DNA of 64,000 bases from an uncultured Gammaproteobacteria bacterium. Lineage in GTDB: Bacteria > Patescibacteriota > Microgenomatia > Levybacterales > GWA1-39-11. Both the position numbers and the translations under genes were made by a program. The notes beneath the pieces are model-generated. The model was not told where the DNA came from. It did not search any database and was given only the letters and a program-made list of their open reading frames with translations. The stretch covers positions 601,827 through 665,826 of the forward strand of contig CAYRKM010000001.1 in assembly GCA_964425075.1 (NCBI GenBank), read 5' to 3'. Below, in pieces: positions 38,993 through 47,373 of the stretch (the first letter of the stretch is position 1; the number at the start of each line of letters is the position of its first letter).

Positions 38993-39983
38993 AAATCTTT
39001 CCTTATTTTCGGGGTTATTTCTTTTATTGGGAACGCTTTTACTTTACACGCTTCAAAAGTTTTCTCCACTTTTAGGTCACGTTACATATTACTGTCAGTC
39101 ATTACTAATAGATGCAAATATGGTCCCGATACCCTATTACCTTAGTATGATTCCATTTGCTTTACTTTTCATTATTTTGGCAATTTCTGTAATAAAGTTT
39201 CTTGTTCTAAACATTAAAGTACAATTTCTTAAATTTAAATTAAAAGGAAGTGTTGCTATTGATACTAGCACTTATAAACTAATCAGTCGGCTTGGATTAC
39301 AAGATAAAGCAATCCTTGTAAAGTCAGATAAGCAGTTTGCATTTTGTTTAGGCGTCAGAATGCCCAAGATTTACTTTTCAACTGGTTTACTTACTCAGTT
39401 GTCACAGAAAGAATTAGAAGCAGTGCTATTACATGAACAATATCATTTAGAAAATTATGATACATTTACTATGATTGTCGCATCAGTCGCGCAATCACTG
39501 TTTCCTTTTTTCCCATTGATTAATGATCTTATTAATAAATACAGGATTGAAAGAGAAATAGCTGCTGACAAATTTGCAGTTGACAAGTTAGCTGACAAAT
39601 ACATACTTATATCGGCCCTTAAAAAACTTCTTGCGTTTCCTACTGTTCAGGCAGCACCAGTTGCTGCTATTGCAGACCAGGATACACTAGAACCAAGAAT
39701 TTACTCGCTTGTAAATAAACCATATGTCAGGCGACACTTTAAACTAAAACATGCATTTATAACCTTATTTTCTTGTTTGGTACTTGCAGCAGTTATTGTT
39801 ATGCCAGTACATGCCAAAGAGCTTCACCACGAAGAACATGATGTCATGATGCTCTGTACAGATGGAGAATGTATGAACTCATGCACAAGCGAAAAGAACT
39901 TGAATAAACTTTATTCTGAAATACCAGGTGCTGAAGTGAATCAGTCAATCTCATCACAACCATACAGTCCAATTCATAAGTAG
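38976..39983 (+). CDS. BlaR1/MecR1-like M56 peptidase membrane protein with Cys/His-rich C-terminal tail
   Basis: 4 TM helices, HEQYHL (HExxH) zinc-protease motif; C-terminal HHEEHDVMMLCTDGECMNSC instead of a penicillin-binding sensor domain. Confidence 0.75.
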   Translation: MIKINKNLSLFSGLFLLLGTLLLYTLQKFSPLLGHVTYYCQSLLIDANMVPIPYYLSMIPFALLFIILAISVIKFLVLNIKVQFLKFKLKGSVAIDTSTYKLISRLGLQDKAILVKSDKQFAFCLGVRMPKIYFSTGLLTQLSQKELEAVLLHEQYHLENYDTFTMIVASVAQSLFPFFPLINDLINKYRIEREIAADKFAVDKLADKYILISALKKLLAFPTVQAAPVAAIADQDTLEPRIYSLVNKPYVRRHFKLKHAFITLFSCLVLAAVIVMPVHAKELHHEEHDVMMLCTDGECMNSCTSEKNLNKLYSEIPGAEVNQSISSQPYSPIHK

Positions 39984-40021
39984 CCTCTAATAAATTTACC
40001 CTTGACAACACTAGAATTATA

Positions 40022-40040
40022 CTACTACAATATGTAGTAG
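40022..40040 (+). promoter_or_regulatory. Cop-box-like operator CTACTACA-ATA-TGTAGTAG within promoter (TTGACA 40002-40007; TACAAT 40026-40031) of dsbA-like operon
   Basis: Perfect 8-bp inverted repeat with 3-nt spacer; overlaps -10. Confidence 0.55.
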
Positions 40041-40058
40041 GCAGTTTTTAACAGTAGT

Positions 40059-40862
40059 ATGACAGAACAAAAAGAAAATAATTATATAACATTACGTGTT
40101 CCAAAGTTTCATAAAACACAACTTTTATTAACAATTGCTTTGATGGTCGCTGCATTTCTTATTGGCTCACTCTGGACAAAACTTCAATACTTGGAAAAAG
40201 GTGGAACTCTTACAAAGGGAGCGACTACTGCAAATGCCCAAGGTGCAGCGCAACAAGTACCACCTCAACAAGCTCCTCCAGAAGACACTACTCCTAAAAA
40301 AGTATCAATTGATGATGACCCGGTTTTAGGTGATAAAAATGCTAAAGTTACACTTATTGACTTCACGGACTATGAATGTCCATTCTGTAAGCGATATTAT
40401 GATGAGACTTTTTCTCAAATAAAAAGAGACTATATTGATACTGGTAAAATGAAATATGTCGTTCGTGATTTACCTTTAAGTTTCCATGCAAATGCTCATA
40501 AAGAAGCGCAAGCTGCAGAGTGCGCACGAGAACAAGGTGGGGACGAAGCATATTTCAAGTATCACGATGAAATATTTAAAAGAACAACCTCAAACGGAAC
40601 AGGTATTGCGCTTGATAAACTTTCAGTAATAGCAAATGATTTAGGCTTAAGTGGTGATACACTACAATCATGTCTTGACGCAGATAAATTTAAAGCAGAG
40701 GTTGATAAAGACTTGGCAGATGCTTCGGCAGTAGGAGCAACTGGCACACCAACATTTTTTATCGGAAAATCAACATCTGATGGTATTATTACAGGTACAA
40801 AAATAGTAGGAGCACAACCATACAGCGCATTTCAGGCAGAAATTGATAAACAACTGAAATAA
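40059..40862 (+). CDS. DsbA-like thioredoxin-fold protein, membrane-anchored
   Basis: N-terminal TM, CPFC active site (DYECPFCKRYY), Thioredoxin_4-like. Confidence 0.75.
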   Translation: MTEQKENNYITLRVPKFHKTQLLLTIALMVAAFLIGSLWTKLQYLEKGGTLTKGATTANAQGAAQQVPPQQAPPEDTTPKKVSIDDDPVLGDKNAKVTLIDFTDYECPFCKRYYDETFSQIKRDYIDTGKMKYVVRDLPLSFHANAHKEAQAAECAREQGGDEAYFKYHDEIFKRTTSNGTGIALDKLSVIANDLGLSGDTLQSCLDADKFKAEVDKDLADASAVGATGTPTFFIGKSTSDGIITGTKIVGAQPYSAFQAEIDKQLK

Positions 40863-40864
40863 TT

Positions 40865-41899
40865 ATGAATTTAGGAGCAGTTTTTTTAACAGGGCTATTT
40901 ACAGGCGGACTTACTTGCCTTGCTGTGCAGGGTGGACTTCTTGCTACAACAATTGCCCAGCGTGAAGAGGAAAAACTTAAGGAGAAAACTAAAACATCCG
41001 GTAATGCCCTGCCAATTCTTTCCTTTCTTGTTGCAAAAGTGGTTGCCTACACTATTCTCGGGTTCTTATTAGGCTGGCTTGGTTCGGTTGTTCAGTTATC
41101 TTTAACAGCTACGGTTATTTTGACAGTTGCAGTCGCTATCTTTATGATCGGTACTGCATTGAACCTTTTAAATGTTCATCCAATATTCCGTTACTTCATT
41201 ATCCAGCCACCTAAGTTTCTAACAAGACTCGTGAGGAATCAGTCAAAAAGTAACAGTATTTTTGCACCAGCTATGCTTGGAGCATTTACTGTATTTATTC
41301 CATGCGGGACTACACAGGCAATGATGGCATTAGCAATTGCCTCTGGTAACCCCCTATATGGAGCAGCAATACTTGCCGCATTTACGTTAGGCACTTCTCC
41401 AGTATTCTTTACACTTGGGTATCTTGCAACAAAACTTGGAGACGCAATGCATCGAAAATTCTTGAAGGTTGCAGCCTATGCGCTTATTCTTCTTGCTGTC
41501 TATAATCTGAATGGAGCAATAGCTCTAACTGGAAGTAACCTGACGCTTGAGAATGCATGGACAAATTTTTACTGCACATTCACTTTCTGTGAGAGGGATT
41601 TTGCACCAACAGCGCAAGCTGCAGTCCCTGTATCAGATGCCACTATAACAATTAATAATGATGGATATAGCCCGAATAACCTTACTGTCAAAGCAGGATC
41701 AAAAGTTACTTTGAAAATTGTCAATGAAGGTGGTGGAGGTTGTACCCAGGCCTTCACCCTACCAAAATATAATATTCAAAAAATAGTTCCGATAGGAAGT
41801 TCTGATCAGGTAACCTTTACTGCGCCGAATGAACCTGGCACGCAACTTGCTTTTATGTGTAGTATGGGGATGTACCGGGGAACAATTAACGTGATATAA
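40865..41899 (+). CDS. CcdA/DsbD-like thiol-disulfide transporter membrane domain fused to C-terminal cupredoxin-like domain
   Basis: Cys in TM1 (GLTCLAVQ) and TM4 (FIPCGTTQ) as in CcdA; C-terminal beta-sandwich with Cys/Met (GGGGCTQ...FMCSMGMY). Confidence 0.55.
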   Translation: MNLGAVFLTGLFTGGLTCLAVQGGLLATTIAQREEEKLKEKTKTSGNALPILSFLVAKVVAYTILGFLLGWLGSVVQLSLTATVILTVAVAIFMIGTALNLLNVHPIFRYFIIQPPKFLTRLVRNQSKSNSIFAPAMLGAFTVFIPCGTTQAMMALAIASGNPLYGAAILAAFTLGTSPVFFTLGYLATKLGDAMHRKFLKVAAYALILLAVYNLNGAIALTGSNLTLENAWTNFYCTFTFCERDFAPTAQAAVPVSDATITINNDGYSPNNLTVKAGSKVTLKIVNEGGGGCTQAFTLPKYNIQKIVPIGSSDQVTFTAPNEPGTQLAFMCSMGMYRGTINVI

Positions 41900-41903
41900 A
41901 CTT

Positions 41904-42131
41904 ATGCAAACAGTAAAATTAAACATTTATGGCATGCATTGTACGAGTTGCGCTTTCAATATTGATGGTGAGCTTGAAGATATGGAAGGAGTTAAAGAAT
42001 CAAAGACAAATTATGCAAAGCAGCAAACTGAAGTAACTTTTGATCCTAAAAAAATTTCACCAGATAAGATTATAAGCATTATTAAAAAGCTTGATGATAG
42101 TTATGATGCTGAAGTTAATAAAGAAGAGTAA
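41904..42131 (+). CDS. copZ: Heavy-metal-associated (HMA) copper chaperone CopZ-like
   Basis: 75 aa with GMHCTSCA MxCxxC motif. Confidence 0.85.
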   Translation: MQTVKLNIYGMHCTSCAFNIDGELEDMEGVKESKTNYAKQQTEVTFDPKKISPDKIISIIKKLDDSYDAEVNKEE

Positions 42132-42136
42132 CATGT

Positions 42137-42646
42137 ATGACAACAGAAAAGAAAGTAATCGGCGGTATTGCACTTTTAACTATAGCCATATTAGTTGGTG
42201 GAGTTTTCTTTTTGTCGGCTAGCTCTAATCAATCCACTTCTGGTAACTCAAATAACAATTCCGATACATCTGTCCCCGAAAGTGAAATTGTTGTTCGTAA
42301 TGGTATGCATTGGCATCCGAAACTATCGATCTATATTAACGGAGAAAAACAGCCTTTCACAAACGGTATTGGTTTAAATGGTGCAGTACATAACCCTATT
42401 CATACTCATGATGACGCTGACAAAGATATTGTTCACATGGAGTTTCAGGGTGTTGTTAGCAAGGAAGATACAAAATTAAGTAACTTCTTTAAGATATGGG
42501 GTAAAGACTTTTCATCAACTCAGATTTTTGATAAGAAAAATGGAGAAGAAGGAACTGTTAAAATGATGGTTAACGGAAAAGAAAACACAGAATTTCAAAA
42601 TTATATGATGAAGGATGGCGATAATATTGAGATACGCTATGAATAA
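42137..42646 (+). CDS. Secreted His-rich hypothetical protein
   Basis: N-terminal TM; HNPIHTHDDADKDIVHMEF His cluster. Confidence 0.35.
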   Translation: MTTEKKVIGGIALLTIAILVGGVFFLSASSNQSTSGNSNNNSDTSVPESEIVVRNGMHWHPKLSIYINGEKQPFTNGIGLNGAVHNPIHTHDDADKDIVHMEFQGVVSKEDTKLSNFFKIWGKDFSSTQIFDKKNGEEGTVKMMVNGKENTEFQNYMMKDGDNIEIRYE

Positions 42647-42851
42647 AGAAATAAAAACAATCGCTCATCTTGCTTGTCCGAAGTGCGGAAAATTACAAAC
42701 AGCAAAAATGCCTACAGATGCCTGTCAGCATTTTTATAAATGTCAAAGCTGTGGTGAAACCATAAAGCCAAAAGAAGGAGATTGTTGTGTATTCTGTTCT
42801 TATGCTGATACAAAATGTCCGCCAAAACAAGCGGAGCAAATGATGATATGA
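42642..42851 (+). CDS. Small Cys-rich (zinc-ribbon-like) protein
   Basis: CPKCG...CQSCG...CCVFCSY Cys pairs in ~70 aa. Confidence 0.4.
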   Translation, partial: NKEIKTIAHLACPKCGKLQTAKMPTDACQHFYKCQSCGETIKPKEGDCCVFCSYADTKCPPKQAEQMMI

Positions 42852-44458
42852 ATACTATGCAAAGAATACTTATTGCTGTCGTTATAGGTATTGCGCTTCT
42901 GGGAGCAGGAATATATTTGTATTCAAATTCTCAGAGGCAAAGAGAAGGATCGAGTAAGACGGGAGAATATTCAAAAGCGGTAAAGAATTATCCTGAAGCA
43001 AAATCTTCTGAGGTTGTAGAGCTAAAGAATGGTGATTCGTACAATTTAACGGCGAGTATAGTAAAGAGAAAAATTAATGGAACAGAAGTAAAAATGCTCG
43101 CCTATAACGGCTCGATTCCAGGCCCACTTATCAAAGTACCACAAGATGCTGAAATTACCATTAATTTCAAAAACGACACTGATGTAGATACAGCCCTACA
43201 TTCACATGGAGTCAGGCTTGAGAATCAATTTGATGGGGTGGTAGATGTTACCCAGAAGGCAATTCCAGTTGGCGGTACTTTTACTTACAAAGTGAAATTT
43301 CCGGATGAAGGGATCTTCTGGTATCATCCTCACTTTCGAGAAGATTATGCTCAAGAACTTGGACTCTATGGTAATTACCTTGTAGCACCTGAACAAAAAG
43401 ACTATTGGGCTGAAGTAGATCGAGAAGAAGCGCTGTTTTTAGATGATATTCTTTTGCAAAACGGGCAGGTAGCAGCTTTCAGCAGAGCAGGGGCAGATCA
43501 TACCTTAATGGGAAGATTTGGGAACGTCATGCTTGTGAATGGTAACGACAATTATAAATTATCGGTTAAACAAGGAGAGAGGATCCGTTTCTATATAACC
43601 AATTCAGCTAATACCAGAGTATTTAATTTTTCTATTCCCAATGCCCGAATGAAGTTAGTAGGCGCGGACAATGGCAAATACGAGCGCGAGGAGTGGGTCG
43701 ATTCGATTGTAATCGGACCGTCTGAACGCTCAGTTATAGAAATCTGGTTTGATCAGGCAGGAGATTATCAGATAGTTAATAAAACCCCTGAAAAAACATA
43801 CACGATGGGCACAATAGCCGTTGCATCTGCTCCAGTAACTACATCATATCTTCTCGTGCCTCGGGTAAATCAAGATTTTATTAATTCTTTATCCTCAATT
43901 CGTCCGCTCTTTACTAAACCTGCTGATAAGACACTTAATATGACTCTTACGATGATGGGAAATATGATGCAGCAAAATCAGAACAATGAGGGTATGCACA
44001 ACATGCATGGAGGCCAAATGATGCCAAATGAAGAAATGCCTTTGAATGACGGAACAGTTGAAAAAATAGAATGGGAAGATGATATGGGACAGATGAACGT
44101 AATGTCCAATACAAAAATGATTACATGGAAACTTGTTGACACAGAAACAAAAGCGGAAAATATGGATATTAAATGGCAGTTTAAAAAAGGAGACAAGATA
44201 AAACTCAAGCTTATCAATGATCCGAAAGCTCAACACCCTATGCAACATCCCATCCATGTTCACGGCCAGCGGTTCTTAGTACTGAATACAAATGGAGTAC
44301 CGAATCAAAACTTGGTTTGGAAAGACACAGTGCTCGTGCAGACCGGTGACACAGTAGAACTACTTGTCGATATGGATAATCCTGGCGACTGGGTGCTTCA
44401 CTGTCATATACCTGAGCATATGGAAGCCGGGATGATGTCACAGTTTGAAGTAATCTAA
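42815..44458 (+). CDS. Multicopper oxidase (CueO/laccase-like) with Met-rich insert (start may be Met12 at 42848)
   Basis: WYHPH and HCHIPEHMEAGMM copper-site motifs; Met-rich segment MMGNMMQQNQNNEGMHNMHGGQMM. Confidence 0.85.
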   Translation: MSAKTSGANDDMNTMQRILIAVVIGIALLGAGIYLYSNSQRQREGSSKTGEYSKAVKNYPEAKSSEVVELKNGDSYNLTASIVKRKINGTEVKMLAYNGSIPGPLIKVPQDAEITINFKNDTDVDTALHSHGVRLENQFDGVVDVTQKAIPVGGTFTYKVKFPDEGIFWYHPHFREDYAQELGLYGNYLVAPEQKDYWAEVDREEALFLDDILLQNGQVAAFSRAGADHTLMGRFGNVMLVNGNDNYKLSVKQGERIRFYITNSANTRVFNFSIPNARMKLVGADNGKYEREEWVDSIVIGPSERSVIEIWFDQAGDYQIVNKTPEKTYTMGTIAVASAPVTTSYLLVPRVNQDFINSLSSIRPLFTKPADKTLNMTLTMMGNMMQQNQNNEGMHNMHGGQMMPNEEMPLNDGTVEKIEWEDDMGQMNVMSNTKMITWKLVDTETKAENMDIKWQFKKGDKIKLKLINDPKAQHPMQHPIHVHGQRFLVLNTNGVPNQNLVWKDTVLVQTGDTVELLVDMDNPGDWVLHCHIPEHMEAGMMSQFEVI

Positions 44459-44535
44459 ATTGTGGAGGAGATGATGACTATGATGGATGAAAAGAGGCAT
44501 AAGCATTAAACAATATCAAGAGGAGAGATCAACAT

Positions 44536-45030
44536 ATGGCAAAGGAACATGAACATAATGTCGAGCCAATAAGAGGAAGCATTTTTGTTTTAACTCTAAA
44601 ACTTGCACTCATACTGCTTATTATAGACTCTCTTTACAGCCTTATATATTATCTCCTTAATTTAGGCTTTGGTATTCCTTTTGATTTCCATCACCACATT
44701 TCAGTAACGCTCTTTATCACACAAGTAGGAAAGATCATACTTGAAATTTTTCTGATTACTTATGTGGTTTTGCAGTGGGCAAATAATACCTATTTTCTTA
44801 CAGATAAGCATTTAATACGAAGAACTGGAATACTTAGCACCGAAGAAGATGTATTTCATTTCGAAAATATCAGATCTATTACAACACACCAGTCTTTATT
44901 AGGAAGGCTTTTTAACTACGGAGACGTTATATTAAAAACAAGTGCTTCAGGAGGGTATCAAGGCGAAGTTACCCTGACAGGAATCTCCAATCCATATAAA
45001 TACGAAAACGCTCTCAAAAAATCCTTTTGA
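44536..45030 (+). CDS. Membrane protein with bacterial PH domain (bPH_2/YdbS-like)
   Basis: Two TM helices then YFLTDKHLIRRTGILSTEEDVFHFENIRSI pattern of bPH_2. Confidence 0.6.
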   Translation: MAKEHEHNVEPIRGSIFVLTLKLALILLIIDSLYSLIYYLLNLGFGIPFDFHHHISVTLFITQVGKIILEIFLITYVVLQWANNTYFLTDKHLIRRTGILSTEEDVFHFENIRSITTHQSLLGRLFNYGDVILKTSASGGYQGEVTLTGISNPYKYENALKKSF

Positions 45031-45033
45031 CTG

Positions 45034-45054
45034 TGTACTACAATTAGTAGTACA
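45034..45054 (+). promoter_or_regulatory. Cop-box-like operator TGTACTACA-ATT-AGTAGTACA upstream of second P-type ATPase
   Basis: 8/9-bp inverted repeat arms; TTGACT -35-like hexamer at 45027-45032. Confidence 0.45.
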
Positions 45055-45081
45055 AATATATTATGCAGATGAGAAATAGTT

Positions 45082-47304
45082 ATGAGTAACAAAACATATA
45101 CCTGTCCAATGCATCCTGAAGTCAGAAAAGACAAGCCTGGTGTTTGTCCTAAATGTGGCATGGCACTTGTTGAAGTAAAGAATGATAAACATGGAATGCA
45201 TGAAAGTCATTTGAGCCATGAGCATACAATGAAATCCCTTGATCAAATGTCATTTTGGGAAAAATTCAAGATGAGTATGACTATGACAATGGGTATGGAC
45301 CATACAGGGAAAGCAGGACGTGAGATGGCGAAGCTAATGGAAGAGGATATTCGAAATAAGTTTTTGGTCTCTCTTCTTTTGACACTTCCAATTGTTGCCT
45401 ATTCTCCACTTGGAAAGAACATCTTTGGTCTTAATCTACCAACGCCGATTCCTGAGAATTGGTTAATGCTGTTACTGACAACTCCTGTTTATTTTTATTG
45501 TGGTTGGATATTCCTTTACTCAAGTTATATTGCTCTTAAACAAAAGACGCTCAATATGGCAGTTTTGATTGCCGTTGGCATTACTGCGGCCTATGTCTTT
45601 AGTATTGTTTTAACTCTTTTAGGATCTGAAGAATCTTTTTATGAAGCAGCAGCAATGCTTACTACTTTTGTCCTCTTTGGTCATTGGATGGAAATGAAAT
45701 CAAGGCGTGGCACAACTGATGCCCTTCAGGCCCTATTTAATCTCGTTCCCCCTCAAGCACGAGTAATGAGAAATGGCAAAGAGCAGTTAATTCCTACCTC
45801 AGAAGTTGTATTAGGAGATATTGTCGTTCTTAAGCCTGGCGATAAAGTGCCGGTTGACGGGGAAATTATAGAAGGAGAAACGTCAATAGACGAATCACTT
45901 GTTACAGGTGAATCAATACCTGTTGCCAAGAAAAAGGGAGATAGTGTCATTGGCGGTTCCATCAATACTTCAGGATCAGTACAATTCAATGCCACAAAAG
46001 TAGGAGGAGATACAGCGCTAGCACAGATTGTAAAGATGGTAGAAACAGCTCAGAACTCAAAAGCTCCCGGGCAGAAGCTTGCTGATAGGTTTGCCAAGTA
46101 TTTAGTTATTGTAGCTGTTGGAGGAGGATTACTAACCTTTGCAGTATGGTTTTTAATTCTCGGCCAACCATTCTTATTTGCAGTCACATTTGCCATTTCA
46201 ACAGTTGTTATTGCCTGTCCTGATGCTCTTGGACTTGCAACACCTACAGCGGTGGCAGTAGGAACAGGACTTGGAGCCAAACACAACATTTTGATTAAAG
46301 ACGCTCCGACACTTGAACAGGTATCCAAGATCCAAGCCGTAGTGTTAGATAAAACAGGCACTCTCACAGAAGGAAAGCCACAAGTGACAGGTATTGCAAC
46401 CGCAAAAGGGTTTTCAGAAAAAGAAGCACTAAGACTCGTGGGAGCCGCAGAGGTAAAATCTTCTCATCCTTTAGCAAACGCCGTAATCGAAGAGCTGAAA
46501 AAAAGAAAACTTGCTTTGCCTACATCAATAGAAAAATTTGAGAATCTTTCTGGGCTTGGCGTAAAAGCCACAGTAGAAGGTAAAAAGGTACTTGTCGGGA
46601 CAGTGAAATTGATGAAAGAAAATAGCGTTGATGTAAAGCCTCTCGAAAACAAAATTAATGAATTTTTAGAAAACGGAAATACTATCATGCTTCTTGCAGT
46701 TGAAGGTACCATTTCAGCTCTTGTAGGAGCTGCAGATCCAATAAAAGAGAATGCAAAAAAAGCTATAGATAAATTAAATGAATTAGGCATAGAAACTGCA
46801 ATGATCACTGGGGACAACGAAAAAACAGCACAAGTAGTTGCGAAGAAGATTGGTATCAAACGAGTATTTGCCGATGTCATGCCTGAAGATAAAGCTTCAT
46901 ATGTTAAAAAGTTGCAGCAAGAAGGAAAATTTGTGGCTATGGTTGGCGATGGTGTAAACGATGCGCCTGCACTTGCTCAAGCAGATATAGGAATTGCTAT
47001 TGGTGCCGGAACGGATGTAGCAATAGAAACAGCGAAAGTTGTACTTATGAAATCTGATCCAGCAGATGTGCTTCGCGCTATTAGACTCTCCAAAGCAACA
47101 GTAAGGAAAATGAAACAAAACCTATTCTGGGCATCTATTTATAATCTTTTGGCAATTCCTGTGGCTGCTGGAGTTCTTTACCCTGCTTTCCAGATTTCGC
47201 TACGTCCCGAAATATCAGCTCTTCTGATGAGCATTTCCTCAATCATTGTTGCAACAAATGCAGTCCTCCTTAATAGAGCAGAAAAAGACCTTATAAGTGT
47301 GTAA
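45082..47304 (+). CDS. Heavy-metal P1B-type ATPase with N-terminal CxxC x2 metal-binding domain, His-rich stretch and non-canonical CPD TM6 motif
   Basis: YTCPMHPE...CPKCGM; HGMHESHLSHEH; IACPDALGLATP; DKTGTLT; GDGVNDAP. Confidence 0.85.
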   Translation: MSNKTYTCPMHPEVRKDKPGVCPKCGMALVEVKNDKHGMHESHLSHEHTMKSLDQMSFWEKFKMSMTMTMGMDHTGKAGREMAKLMEEDIRNKFLVSLLLTLPIVAYSPLGKNIFGLNLPTPIPENWLMLLLTTPVYFYCGWIFLYSSYIALKQKTLNMAVLIAVGITAAYVFSIVLTLLGSEESFYEAAAMLTTFVLFGHWMEMKSRRGTTDALQALFNLVPPQARVMRNGKEQLIPTSEVVLGDIVVLKPGDKVPVDGEIIEGETSIDESLVTGESIPVAKKKGDSVIGGSINTSGSVQFNATKVGGDTALAQIVKMVETAQNSKAPGQKLADRFAKYLVIVAVGGGLLTFAVWFLILGQPFLFAVTFAISTVVIACPDALGLATPTAVAVGTGLGAKHNILIKDAPTLEQVSKIQAVVLDKTGTLTEGKPQVTGIATAKGFSEKEALRLVGAAEVKSSHPLANAVIEELKKRKLALPTSIEKFENLSGLGVKATVEGKKVLVGTVKLMKENSVDVKPLENKINEFLENGNTIMLLAVEGTISALVGAADPIKENAKKAIDKLNELGIETAMITGDNEKTAQVVAKKIGIKRVFADVMPEDKASYVKKLQQEGKFVAMVGDGVNDAPALAQADIGIAIGAGTDVAIETAKVVLMKSDPADVLRAIRLSKATVRKMKQNLFWASIYNLLAIPVAAGVLYPAFQISLRPEISALLMSISSIIVATNAVLLNRAEKDLISV

Positions 47305-47373
47305 TTTTGATTAATCCTCATAGTATTTTGCGTCTGGACTTCAAAGAACGGTTGCGGTACCTTGTCCCCTGAT

